Positions 35,611 through 44,977 of a DNA stretch of 57,140 nt are shown here, piece by piece. A program made the translations under genes and the position numbers. Numbering within the stretch: the first letter of the stretch is position 1; each line of letters begins with the position of its first letter. The notes below the pieces were generated by a model. That model saw nothing but the letters and a program-made list of their open reading frames with translations, was not told where the DNA came from and did not search any database. Source of the stretch: a virus (Duplodnaviria; Caudoviricetes); IMG/VR virus record IMGVR_UViG_3300024054_000020, positions 1 to 57,140 of that record; one strand, given 5' to 3'.

Positions 35611-35734
35611 ATTAGATGTTATACCTTGAATTAGGAACGATAAATGTTTGAATTGGTCATTCTGTTGTTTGTTGCAATCATGGTCGCCCCCGAAGTCGCG
35701 ACCATGGTTAAAAATTTCTGTGACGAGGTTGATT

Positions 35735-36205
35735 ATGATTCCTAAGTTTTCTTCGCAGTCGGACATGATTAGTTTTCTGAGGGCTCTGCCTAATAACTCT
35801 GATTACGCTGCGATGCTAAAGTCGGATTTCGGTGTCATTGCACCTGAGGGCGCCCAATCGTTCCACAAGGAGTATTATTACAAGTATCTCGTGCAGGGCA
35901 AATACCTGGGCAAGGAAAACGACGAACTGTTTGAATATGCAAAAGTCAAAACATTGAAATTTGCTGAGGACTTTCCTCACGTGATCCAGAAGTTTATTCC
36001 CAATGAACCCGAACCTGTGGTGGCAACACGAACCTATCAAAAACGAACTTCTGGTGTCATGCATGGAGTCATCGTCTGGAATGAAAAGTTCGAAAAATAC
36101 GATGGCTATGTTGATGGTAAGGTGGTGACTCGTGCTTCCACAGTCGAGAAATGCAACCACACCATGGTCACCAAGTACAATGTAACCGGTTCGGTGGTGG
36201 AGTAA
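35735..36205 (+). CDS. hypothetical protein
   Basis: GAGG RBS before ATG 35735. Confidence 0.7.
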   Translation: MIPKFSSQSDMISFLRALPNNSDYAAMLKSDFGVIAPEGAQSFHKEYYYKYLVQGKYLGKENDELFEYAKVKTLKFAEDFPHVIQKFIPNEPEPVVATRTYQKRTSGVMHGVIVWNEKFEKYDGYVDGKVVTRASTVEKCNHTMVTKYNVTGSVVE

Positions 36206-36578
36206 TGTCATGACTACTAAATGTTTGTTTGTTGAATTGACACCTGGATTACAGTTGCAAGCTGTTTCGAGGTTCCTCGACGCACACAATGGTGACGGCT
36301 ACCTGTACGAATTGGATATCGATGGTAATATTCTGTGCAGATGCAAGTGGAGAGCGTGGGAATGAAAAGCATTGAATCACTTTCAGCCTACCTATTTTCA
36401 CTTTTTGGGTTGGCATGGGGTATAAACAATTTCGAAGCCGGATTCTATTTGCTACTAGTAGCTGTGTTTTTCTTTGTTATCTCTGATCTCCAGCATTAAT
36501 ATAGTTGTTCAAAACTACTCGTTGTTCATGATTCATGAACATTTCAGAAAAGTGAACAAACCAAAGATTATTTCATAA

Positions 36579-36629
36579 AATCAATCGGTTATATCTTTTT
36601 CAACATTTTTATTTCGTTTCATGTATAAT
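36579..36629 (+). promoter_or_regulatory. early promoter with upstream IHF-like box
   Basis: AATCAA-TCGG-TTA begins 45 nt before TATAAT. Confidence 0.55.
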
Positions 36630-36667
36630 AGTAAATGTTGAATGTTTAATGAGAACCGAGATATATC

Positions 36668-37576
36668 ATGACTGTCGAAATTCGCTACAATCGTAGTTTC
36701 GGTAAATGGGAAGGTCTTCTGGATGGTCGCGTTGTGTCTCGCGCTTCCTCGGAGGAAAAGGTCAAGCGCACCCTGGCTAAGAAAGGCGAACCCACTTTCA
36801 ACGTGAATACCAACAGCAACGTGGATTTCACGATCCCCGAAGAAAAAGTTCACTTCTCGGTGACCGAGAGGTTTCACTTCCTCGAGCATTTCGTCAAGAT
36901 GGTTGCTCGCGGTCAAAGCAATGCACTGTTCGTTTCGGGTCCCGGTGGTCTAGGCAAAACCCACACCATTATGGAAACCCTGAAACAGTGCGGTAAAAAA
37001 GAGGATGCCATCGGTGAGATTGATGGTGATTTTATCGTTATCAAAGGATTCACCACCGCGAAGGGTATGTATCGCACCCTTTGGGAAAACAATGGCAAAA
37101 TCATTGTGTTTGATGATGCCGATAGCTCCTTCCGCGATCTGATCGGTGCTAACATTCTGAAAGGCGCGCTCGATTCTAGCGACAAGCGAGTGATCTCCTG
37201 GATGGCTGAGACTCGTAGTCAGGATGATGACCTGCCCAGCCGTTTCGAGTTCACCGGTCGAGTCATTTTCATCAGCAACCTGGTGATGTCGAAAGTTCCG
37301 CAGGCGATCGTTTCTCGCTGCATGAAGGTGTCTCTTGATATGAATACCGAAGAAAAGGTCGATCGTATCGAGATGGTCATGCAGGAGCGTGGTTTCATGC
37401 AGAACGTTGACTTCCATATTAAAATGGAAGTGATGAATTTCATTCGTGAGCATGCGGTCAAGTTTACCGACCTGAATGTTCGCAGCGCAATGAACCTGGT
37501 CAAAATTCGTAACAGTATGGATCAGGATGAAGCTAAATCGTTCGAGCGTGTTGCTCTGTACAATGCGGTTGCTTAA
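36668..37576 (+). CDS. P-loop ATPase
   Basis: GPGGLGKT Walker A, IVFDD Walker B. Confidence 0.8.
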   Translation: MTVEIRYNRSFGKWEGLLDGRVVSRASSEEKVKRTLAKKGEPTFNVNTNSNVDFTIPEEKVHFSVTERFHFLEHFVKMVARGQSNALFVSGPGGLGKTHTIMETLKQCGKKEDAIGEIDGDFIVIKGFTTAKGMYRTLWENNGKIIVFDDADSSFRDLIGANILKGALDSSDKRVISWMAETRSQDDDLPSRFEFTGRVIFISNLVMSKVPQAIVSRCMKVSLDMNTEEKVDRIEMVMQERGFMQNVDFHIKMEVMNFIREHAVKFTDLNVRSAMNLVKIRNSMDQDEAKSFERVALYNAVA

Positions 37577-37598
37577 TTCAATTTAATGGAGAAATAAC

Positions 37599-37988
37599 AT
37601 GGGAACTCGCTCAATTATTACTGTCATGGGTGACGACGATCAGACATTGGTAAATATCTATCAACAGTTTGATGGTTACCCCAGTAGTGTTGGTTTAAAG
37701 TTAGCGAAATTTCTTTCGGGTATCAAACTCGTCAATGGTTTGCCACTGGGTGACACTTCCGGATTGGCTAATGGGATGGGGTGCTTAGCTGCCCAAATTG
37801 TTACATTGTTTAAATTGGGTGCAGGTGGATGCTACATCGTCTCAGAGTGTGGTGGTGAAGACTTTAATTATAAAGTTTCTCGCGCCGGAGATTCGTTTCG
37901 TGTAGAGGTTTCGGGTGGAAGCGACGATTCACTGTTCAGTGGAGACACTAGGCAGTTTTTGAGGTACTGCATCTCATCCAAAAATTGA
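37599..37988 (+). CDS. conserved phage hypothetical protein
   Basis: MGTRS...YQQFDGYP...NGMGCLAAQ. Confidence 0.75.
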   Translation: MGTRSIITVMGDDDQTLVNIYQQFDGYPSSVGLKLAKFLSGIKLVNGLPLGDTSGLANGMGCLAAQIVTLFKLGAGGCYIVSECGGEDFNYKVSRAGDSFRVEVSGGSDDSLFSGDTRQFLRYCISSKN

Positions 37989-37999
37989 ATTGAGGACAT

Positions 38000-39052
38000 A
38001 TGAAAAGAAAATTAGCATCAATTCAGCGAGTATCTGACGTAGTAAAGCATCCGAACGCAGACCTACTCGACCTTGTGTATGTCAAAGGGTGGCAATGCGT
38101 CGCAAAACGGGGTGAGTTTATTCCTGGTGACCTTGTCGTGTACTTTGAAATTGACTCCGTACTGCCAGTTCGCAGCGAGTTCGAGTTCCTTCGTAAAGGG
38201 TGCTATGTCAAGAAAGATTGGCTACCGAACAGCGAAGGTATGCGCCTTCGTACGATCAAGCTACGTGGAGCTGTGTCTCAGGGACTAGTAGTCCACCTCG
38301 GTGCAATCAATGTTGATTGGAGAAACGAACACAAACAAGAAGGAGTTGATGTTACCGATCTCGTTGGTGTGGTAAAATGGGATCCTCCTCTTCCAGCTCA
38401 GCTCGGCGGTGTTGCAAAAGGCAACTTTCCATCATTCATTCCCAAAACCGATCAGGAACGAATTCAGAATGCGTTCGATGACATAATGCAAACAAAACAA
38501 GATGGTGAGGTGTTTGAGCGAACAGTTAAACTTGATGGTTCGTCATGCACTGTTTTCTACCACGATCGTGAATTAGGTGTTTGCTCAAGAAACTTGCAAC
38601 TAAAAATCGAAGAAAACCAAACTAATTCATTTGTTCGTGCAGCAATTGACACTGGTCTCACTGCATCATTGACAGAATATTGCAATAAAACAGGTAGAAG
38701 CATTGCGGTGCAAGCTGAACTCATGGGTCCTGGTGTGCAAGGAAACAGGGAATCATTACCTGGACTACAACTGTTCGTGTTTGATATTTTTGATATCTTA
38801 AAACAACAACGACTACTACCAGGTGAACGGTACAACGTTTTTAAAGAATTAGCTATTTTGGGATTCAAAGGAGAGCACGTTCCTGTTCTTTCAACACGCG
38901 CTGCGCCAGGTTATAGTGTTGAATGGTTTTTGAAGGATGCTGAGGGGCACTCACTCAATCATTTAGTTCGAGAAGGTGTGGTCTGGAAAAGTACTTCCAG
39001 AGATTTATCCTTCAAGGCAATCAGCAACACATTTTTGTTAGGAGAGAAGTGA
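38000..39052 (+). CDS. RNA ligase, Rnl2/DRB0094 family
   Basis: N-terminal OB fold (HPNAD), FPSFIPKTDQER, KLDGSS, EGVV, FKAIS. Confidence 0.9.
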   Translation: MKRKLASIQRVSDVVKHPNADLLDLVYVKGWQCVAKRGEFIPGDLVVYFEIDSVLPVRSEFEFLRKGCYVKKDWLPNSEGMRLRTIKLRGAVSQGLVVHLGAINVDWRNEHKQEGVDVTDLVGVVKWDPPLPAQLGGVAKGNFPSFIPKTDQERIQNAFDDIMQTKQDGEVFERTVKLDGSSCTVFYHDRELGVCSRNLQLKIEENQTNSFVRAAIDTGLTASLTEYCNKTGRSIAVQAELMGPGVQGNRESLPGLQLFVFDIFDILKQQRLLPGERYNVFKELAILGFKGEHVPVLSTRAAPGYSVEWFLKDAEGHSLNHLVREGVVWKSTSRDLSFKAISNTFLLGEK

Positions 39053-39228
39053 TGAAAACGATCGTAGTTAAATGGGTTCCCGAAACAGAATTCGGATATG
39101 AAAAAGCCATGCGTGTCATCGAATCAAACCATCCTAGGTTTACTCCTGGATCAAGGTTTGATTTTGGATTCTTCAACATCGCAACCGATGAAGGGTACAC
39201 GATTGTCTCACTTCCGATGGACAAATAA
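39052..39228 (+). CDS. small hypothetical protein (58 aa)
   Basis: AGGAG RBS; MKTIVVKW...SNHPRF...FDFG. Confidence 0.6.
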   Translation: MKTIVVKWVPETEFGYEKAMRVIESNHPRFTPGSRFDFGFFNIATDEGYTIVSLPMDK

Positions 39229-39229
39229 T

Positions 39230-39448
39230 ATGGGACAGATATTAAACATTTTGCAACAAAACCATCTAAGTAAGTATTGTGTGTTTGATCCGAACGATAA
39301 GGATCACCTTGCTGCCTATCAATCTCTTCGTGAACATGGTAGACAGTTACCTGATATGAGGTTTTTTCTCGAAGAACCATTTCTGGATGTGGTATCAATG
39401 ATGCAGTATAAGATTTGCAGGGCCTTTATTGAAAGGAATGAATTATGA
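39230..39448 (+). CDS. hypothetical protein
   Basis: ORF, probable start 39230. Confidence 0.55.
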   Translation: MGQILNILQQNHLSKYCVFDPNDKDHLAAYQSLREHGRQLPDMRFFLEEPFLDVVSMMQYKICRAFIERNEL

Positions 39449-39657
39449 AATACGTTAGCTTACTATTGGTGGCTGTGTTTTTGGTTGGGTGTTCGCATTC
39501 GATTACACCAGAACAATATGAGTTGGCGTCCAAGATGTGCCCGCCAAATACTACCGTTAAAAGTATTTACGTCGAAACTTCGGTGGTATCAGAAATCACT
39601 GTTTATTGCACAGGCGGCGTTGTGGTAAGATTTGTTACTGAACGGGAAAAGGCTTGA
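39445..39657 (+). CDS. small lipoprotein
   Basis: Lipobox LVGC. Confidence 0.65.
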   Translation: MKYVSLLLVAVFLVGCSHSITPEQYELASKMCPPNTTVKSIYVETSVVSEITVYCTGGVVVRFVTEREKA

Positions 39658-39682
39658 CAAATAAACCCACACCCCATATAAT
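39654..39682 (+). promoter_or_regulatory. consensus sigma70 promoter
   Basis: TTGACA-17 nt-TATAAT. Confidence 0.75.
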
Positions 39683-39711
39683 TGTACTATGATATTGAAA
39701 GGACTAAATAA

Positions 39712-41121
39712 ATGAGAACATTTGCCCAGGCAGCAAACATCGGAGTAACCACAACTGAAAATGGAGCGGTTGCGTTCAAACGAACTGGTTCCTCGTTAGT
39801 TGACTTCTTTTTCAAGGTTGCTGCATCTAGAAACATACCTGAACTTGAGGTTGTCAGACTGTATTACCATGCAGCACAAGAGGATTTGACTTTGGCAAAC
39901 AAAATTCTGTTTTGGTCTCGTGATGTTCGTGGTGGGGCAGGCGAACGTCGAGGGTTCCGAGAGATTCTGAAATATGTAGCAAGTGTTGAACCGGAAATGG
40001 CAGTTCGATTTGTCCCCCATATACCAGAATATGGTCGTTGGGACGACCTTCTTGAGATTTTGGATATTAGCACTTTAAACCTTGACACTGCGATCATGGA
40101 CTACATTCGTGAGGCGCTTTATTCTGGAGATGCATTATGCGCAAAGTGGATGCCTAGACAAGGTCCAGCGGCAGCTAGACTGGCTAAGCACATGGGGTTA
40201 TCACCAAAACAATGGCGCAGATTGGTTGTCAGCAACAGTAACACCGTTGAGCAAAAATTGTGCGCTAAGGACTTCTCGAATATTGAATATGGTCACGTTC
40301 CTTCTGTTGCGGCAAAGCTGTACCAAAATACGTTCCAGCGACACGATCCAACTGGTTATGAAAAATACAAACAAAAACTGGTCAGTGGAGAAGCAAAAAT
40401 TAATGCCTCTGCAATCTTCCCGCACGATGTGGTTGTTGGTGCATTGAAGGGACAATCTGATATTGCTAATGCACAATGGAAGGCACTACCTGACTATATC
40501 AATGGCGCAGCAGGTATCTTGCCTATGGTTGATGTCTCTGGTTCGATGGATTGCAGAGCAGGGAAAAGTAATGTTTCTTGTCTAAACATTGCAGTTTCAT
40601 TGGGACTGTACTGTTCGGAACGGCTAAGCGGTCCTTTTAAGGATCTATTCATGACATTCAGTGAAAGCCCTGAGTTTGTGAGGATTAAAGGTGCAACCGT
40701 AGTTGATAGGGTTAAAAATATGGAGCGAGCACACTGGGGTATGAATACAAACATTGAAGCTGCATTCAATAGAATACTGGAAGTTGCAAAAAAACATAAA
40801 GTACCAGAAAGCGAAATGCCAAGGACTTTGTTGATTATGTCCGATATGCAGTTCGACAGGTGCACTAGGGTCAAATCTACACTGTTCGAATACTTGGAAG
40901 AAGAATACAAGAATGCTGGATACGAGTTGCCTAAGGTGGTTTTCTGGAACCTGAACGCATACAATAACGTACCGGTTGCATTCGATCAAAGAGGAGTTGC
41001 GCTGGTTAGCGGATTCAGCCCTTCGATCATGAAGTCGGTGTTAAGCAGCAAAAATTTCACCCCATACGGCATTATGTTGAATACAATTAACGATGAACGT
41101 TATTCGGTGATTGGTCAATGA
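39712..41121 (+). CDS. DUF2828 family TROVE/vWA-like protein
   Basis: TENGA, RDVRGGAGER, YGRWDD, AKWMPR, DVSGSM, SDMQFD, FWNL. Confidence 0.85.
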   Translation: MRTFAQAANIGVTTTENGAVAFKRTGSSLVDFFFKVAASRNIPELEVVRLYYHAAQEDLTLANKILFWSRDVRGGAGERRGFREILKYVASVEPEMAVRFVPHIPEYGRWDDLLEILDISTLNLDTAIMDYIREALYSGDALCAKWMPRQGPAAARLAKHMGLSPKQWRRLVVSNSNTVEQKLCAKDFSNIEYGHVPSVAAKLYQNTFQRHDPTGYEKYKQKLVSGEAKINASAIFPHDVVVGALKGQSDIANAQWKALPDYINGAAGILPMVDVSGSMDCRAGKSNVSCLNIAVSLGLYCSERLSGPFKDLFMTFSESPEFVRIKGATVVDRVKNMERAHWGMNTNIEAAFNRILEVAKKHKVPESEMPRTLLIMSDMQFDRCTRVKSTLFEYLEEEYKNAGYELPKVVFWNLNAYNNVPVAFDQRGVALVSGFSPSIMKSVLSSKNFTPYGIMLNTINDERYSVIGQ

Positions 41122-41399
41122 AAACACCGGTACATATTCAAACCAAATTTGGGTTGGATTATTACACATTCATCAAGAATGAGTACGACCTAAATAAACA
41201 GGTTGGTTTACTGGACTTTTTCAGCGATCTCTGCAGTGTCGAAGCTGAGCGTGTCTCGAACGAAATTGATTCATTCTTAGATAGTGATGACGCTGCAGTT
41301 AAACACAAAATGAACGATGCGGATGACGAAGGATGGTTGTGGTTTAAAGGCATGAACGATAAGTATTCAATTTTGAATTACTACAAAAACAGAAAATGA
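41118..41399 (+). CDS. hypothetical protein
   Basis: Coupled ORF. Confidence 0.55.
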   Translation: MKTPVHIQTKFGLDYYTFIKNEYDLNKQVGLLDFFSDLCSVEAERVSNEIDSFLDSDDAAVKHKMNDADDEGWLWFKGMNDKYSILNYYKNRK

Positions 41400-41578
41400 T
41401 TTTTCATAAATATGAAACAATAGGTAGTGGTGATATATATTATACTACCAACGATCCGGTGTTTAAAGAAATTGAAGGTGTTCGTTACGTTGAAGCAACA
41501 CCAGATTTCCATCGGGTCAATTTTGTTCGATTCGATATGTTAAAATATGTAGGACGAGAGGATAGGGCAGTACATTAA
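41396..41578 (+). CDS. hypothetical protein
   Basis: Coupled ORF. Confidence 0.55.
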   Translation: MIFHKYETIGSGDIYYTTNDPVFKEIEGVRYVEATPDFHRVNFVRFDMLKYVGREDRAVH

Positions 41579-41799
41579 TGAGTAAGTTTTTAACCGAGGC
41601 GTCATTCCAAACCAACATCGAATCCTTAGTCAAGGAAAAAAGACTAAGCCACTTAGATGCAATCTTGTATTATTGCGAAATTAACGAATTGGATCCAGCC
41701 GATATTTCCAAAGTAGTATCATCAAATCTAAAAGAGAAAATTCGATCTGATGCAATATCAGACGGTCTAATGAAACAAACTGCAACACTACCATTATGA
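41578..41799 (+). CDS. 33: late transcription coactivator (T4 gp33-like)
   Basis: IESLVKE...LDAILYYC...LKEKIRSDA...LPL; synteny with 59 and 32. Confidence 0.85.
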   Translation: MSKFLTEASFQTNIESLVKEKRLSHLDAILYYCEINELDPADISKVVSSNLKEKIRSDAISDGLMKQTATLPL

Positions 41800-41805
41800 G
41801 TTCAT

Positions 41806-42393
41806 ATGAACGGCTGGGATATTTTTCAAGTTTATCACCCAATACATCTTCACTTTACAACTAGTTACGATATATTCAAATATGGTAAAAGGCCCAAAAG
41901 CTGTACTTTTGAATTCTTTAAAAGTAGAAGAGACAAAGCACTCTTCGAACAAATCGCAAAACAAGCAAAAACAAAAGAAGAAGTCGGTGGTCTGTGCGTT
42001 GCTAACTTCATTCAAACCGATCGGTGGCTATACAAAGAGTTAAATGATGCCTGGGCTGTTTATAGGGATTGGGTACACTACAGAAAAAATCTAAAAGATA
42101 ACGTAAATCATGACCTCAATGTATTATCGGAGATTGTTAAAGCAAAGAAGGTTAAAACGTTCAATGAACTATTCGAATTTCGCGGGACAAATAAAAACCC
42201 GCCTCTATTGCAGCTCTATCTTCATAAAAAAATCATACCTGAAACTATCTTCGTTCTTGATAACAGGTATGGATTCCTATCTACCTGGAATACTAGCAGT
42301 GATCCTTTGGTTGCTGATACAGTTTTCAGGTTGAGGAAGTACAAACCTTTCATTAACTTTAATAAATTGGAGGACCAGGCGGTAAATGGGTGA
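41806..42393 (+). CDS. 59: helicase loader (T4 gp59-like)
   Basis: LHFTTSYDIFKYG...RRDK...KYKPFI. Confidence 0.85.
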   Translation: MNGWDIFQVYHPIHLHFTTSYDIFKYGKRPKSCTFEFFKSRRDKALFEQIAKQAKTKEEVGGLCVANFIQTDRWLYKELNDAWAVYRDWVHYRKNLKDNVNHDLNVLSEIVKAKKVKTFNELFEFRGTNKNPPLLQLYLHKKIIPETIFVLDNRYGFLSTWNTSSDPLVADTVFRLRKYKPFINFNKLEDQAVNG

Positions 42394-42556
42394 CACCAGG
42401 AAGCGTAATCAGAGGCATGTGTTTGACGATGATCTTGTCGAACAAAAAAATGCAGGCAAAAGGAAACATTCGAAACTAAGAGAAATCGACGATGATATTG
42501 ACTTGGATGATGAAAATCCATACTCATATCTAGTAGACGAAAAGAAAATCAAATAG
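42386..42556 (+). CDS. small acidic hypothetical protein
   Basis: GGAGG upstream; 56 aa. Confidence 0.5.
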   Translation: MGDTRKRNQRHVFDDDLVEQKNAGKRKHSKLREIDDDIDLDDENPYSYLVDEKKIK

Positions 42557-42562
42557 AAAACT

Positions 42563-42799
42563 ATGCATAGGTTCAGTCACACGGTCAAAGGGGTAGCCCT
42601 AGATAGGTGGAAACGGTTACACGCAACCTTCTATCATCTAGCCGATAAAAATAACAGAGTGTACCTCTGTGGTTGCGCCAAATCATTTAGAGTGGAATTC
42701 AAAGATGGTGAATATAGGTATTGTCACTGTCCATCCAAACGAAACTACAAGTACAAAAAATGGGCCCAAAAGTACAAGTATAGAAAATGGGCGCAGTAG
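42563..42799 (+). CDS. hypothetical basic protein
   Basis: ORF. Confidence 0.45.
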   Translation: MHRFSHTVKGVALDRWKRLHATFYHLADKNNRVYLCGCAKSFRVEFKDGEYRYCHCPSKRNYKYKKWAQKYKYRKWAQ

Positions 42800-43092
42800 T
42801 AAATTACAGAGAATTTAAAAACTTCTACGTTGAGTTGGTAGTCGATGACGCCATCAGAAGTATTGCAGTTTCAGATGTGCGTTCATTAAGTGCAATACTG
42901 GGTGATTCTACCCTCATGGAACGGATTAGAAATATTTTTCTTCAAATTAATGACGATGTTTTCATTGCCAAATTCAATGAGCAAGAAATTCCAGCCTGGC
43001 CCTCTTGGGAAACATGCAATGAGGAAGAGTTAAAACAATTCCTAATTGTAAAATTGTGCGTAACAACGACAGAGGATACAGCCTGGTCATGA
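42787..43092 (+). CDS. hypothetical protein
   Basis: ORF; C-terminus resembles next gene. Confidence 0.55.
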   Translation: MGAVVNYREFKNFYVELVVDDAIRSIAVSDVRSLSAILGDSTLMERIRNIFLQINDDVFIAKFNEQEIPAWPSWETCNEEELKQFLIVKLCVTTTEDTAWS

Positions 43093-43382
43093 GTATACCT
43101 CTCGATGGGTGTATCTGCTATTTTGAGGTCGTCGATAAAACAGAAACCGAAAGATTCAGTTATTACGATTTGGGTATTAGTTTTATGCTAATAGATTTTA
43201 TTAAGAATAGCAATACAGAATTAAAACTCAGTGTGTTTCTTGAGGAGTTTTCGACAAATATAGTCCACCTAGTATATTACGAAAACACCGACTATCGGAA
43301 TGTTAAACTACTACCGGAAGTAACAGAAGATGATATACTAAGACACTTCATGCTAGTGAAATTGGGCAGTGTTTCTAAATGA
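43089..43382 (+). CDS. hypothetical protein
   Basis: ATGA-coupled ORF. Confidence 0.55.
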   Translation: MSIPLDGCICYFEVVDKTETERFSYYDLGISFMLIDFIKNSNTELKLSVFLEEFSTNIVHLVYYENTDYRNVKLLPEVTEDDILRHFMLVKLGSVSK

Positions 43383-43666
43383 AAATCTATATCAAATATA
43401 GAGAAGGTCACGTGAAATGTGCCACTAATGGTGTTGAGTCAATGTCCGATTTTTTCAGAATTGACAAAGGAATTGACTACACATTTTACATCGAAAATAA
43501 TTCAGTTGTAATTAATATGAATACCACAAATATCAAACATGCACCAGATAAGAAACAAATTATTTTGGACATGCTACAGTCTGAGTTCGATGGTCTTATA
43601 TGGTTCGATCATACAACAATTAGAGAATCATCGGGTATAAAAAAGGTAGTATATCCATTCAATTAA
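43379..43666 (+). CDS. hypothetical protein (paralog of next gene)
   Basis: YTFYI...KQIILDML...FDHTT. Confidence 0.6.
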   Translation: MKIYIKYREGHVKCATNGVESMSDFFRIDKGIDYTFYIENNSVVINMNTTNIKHAPDKKQIILDMLQSEFDGLIWFDHTTIRESSGIKKVVYPFN

Positions 43667-43667
43667 C

Positions 43668-43964
43668 ATGGAAATATTTTTTAAGTTTTTCGATGATACC
43701 TCAGGGCGTGCCGAAAATGGCACAATGCCGGCACCAATTTTACTAGATATGCCCAGCGATATATTTCCTGATTGGAAATATTCATTTTACATTGACGATG
43801 AAGAAAATATATGCCGTTGTATATGTTACGGTAAAACAAAACCACCTACAGAAAAACAAATTATCATGGATATACTAAAATCTAGAAAGTTAGTACCTTC
43901 CTTCTATGATTACACGACATTTCCGGAATCAGCCAATTTTAAAATTTTTAGCATACCGATTTGA
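43668..43964 (+). CDS. hypothetical protein (paralog of previous gene)
   Basis: YSFYI...KQIIMDIL...YDYTT. Confidence 0.6.
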   Translation: MEIFFKFFDDTSGRAENGTMPAPILLDMPSDIFPDWKYSFYIDDEENICRCICYGKTKPPTEKQIIMDILKSRKLVPSFYDYTTFPESANFKIFSIPI

Positions 43965-44066
43965 TTTAAATTAAGTTTGTCTGTATCATAAATAAGATGT
44001 GATGAAGTAATTTTGTTATGCTATATTCGCAAATAACGCACATTAACGCAAAAGGAGATTTAAACG

Positions 44067-44924
44067 ATGTCGAACGCAATGCAAAAACTATTAGATAAGG
44101 TCAATAAAGCAAAATCCTCAGGTGGCTTCGAGGATCCTCATGCAGATAAATTCTGGAAGGTTGAATCAGATGCAGCTGGTAATGCCTATGCTGTCATTCG
44201 TTTCCTACCTGGTAAGACTGAAGATGATGATGTTTTCGTTAAGACCTATTCCCATGGATTCCAAAACGATGCCGGAAAGTGGTTCATCGACAACTGTCTG
44301 ACCACATTGGGACAAGATTGCCCAGTTTGCAACTCAAACTCTGTATTATGGAACAGTGGAATTGACGCAAATAAAGATATTGCTCGTAAGAGGAAGCGCA
44401 AGGTTTCCTACATCAGCAATATTTTAGTTGTAGCTGATTCGAAGCACCCAGAAAACGAAGGTAAGGTTTTTCTATTCAAATATGGTCAAAAGATTTTCGA
44501 CAAAATTGTCGGAGCTATGCAACCTGAATTTGAAGATGAAACACCGATCAATCCTTTCGACCTAGACAAAGGTGCAAACTTCAAACTTAAGATGCGTCGT
44601 GTCGAAGGATTTGCAAACTTCGATAAGTCAGAATTCGATGAAGTTTCGGCAATCAACAAAAAGGAACAAAAGAATGTTATGGATTCAATTCATGACATTG
44701 GTGTATTCCTAGCACCTTCTGAGTTCAAATCATTCGACGAACTGAAAGCTAAGTTGGACAAGGTTCTCGGTACATCCAGTGCACTAGCACCTAAGGCATC
44801 ATCTAAAGATGATGATGAAGTGAAGCCTGAACGTCAGCAACGTAAGGGTGTGCATGAGGAATCTTCTGGTGGTGAAGATGACGATGATATGGCGTTTTTC
44901 AGAACAATCGCTGATGAAAGCTGA
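44067..44924 (+). CDS. 32: single-stranded DNA-binding protein (T4 gp32)
   Basis: AVIRFLP, HGFQ, C-x8-CPVC, NFKLK, acidic tail. Confidence 0.95.
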   Translation: MSNAMQKLLDKVNKAKSSGGFEDPHADKFWKVESDAAGNAYAVIRFLPGKTEDDDVFVKTYSHGFQNDAGKWFIDNCLTTLGQDCPVCNSNSVLWNSGIDANKDIARKRKRKVSYISNILVVADSKHPENEGKVFLFKYGQKIFDKIVGAMQPEFEDETPINPFDLDKGANFKLKMRRVEGFANFDKSEFDEVSAINKKEQKNVMDSIHDIGVFLAPSEFKSFDELKAKLDKVLGTSSALAPKASSKDDDEVKPERQQRKGVHEESSGGEDDDDMAFFRTIADES

Positions 44925-44949
44925 TAGTTAACCTGTCGTGTGAAGGAAT

Positions 44950-44977
44950 TGGGCCACTTCGGTGGCCCTTTTCTTTT
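44950..44977 (+). terminator. intrinsic terminator
   Basis: GGGCCAC-TTCG-GTGGCCC followed by T-tract, between convergent genes. Confidence 0.85.

Noticed and set aside
42745-42799. Short tandem repeat (YKYKKWAQK/YKYRKWAQ)
   Set aside because: Single local duplication within a small ORF; no further structure
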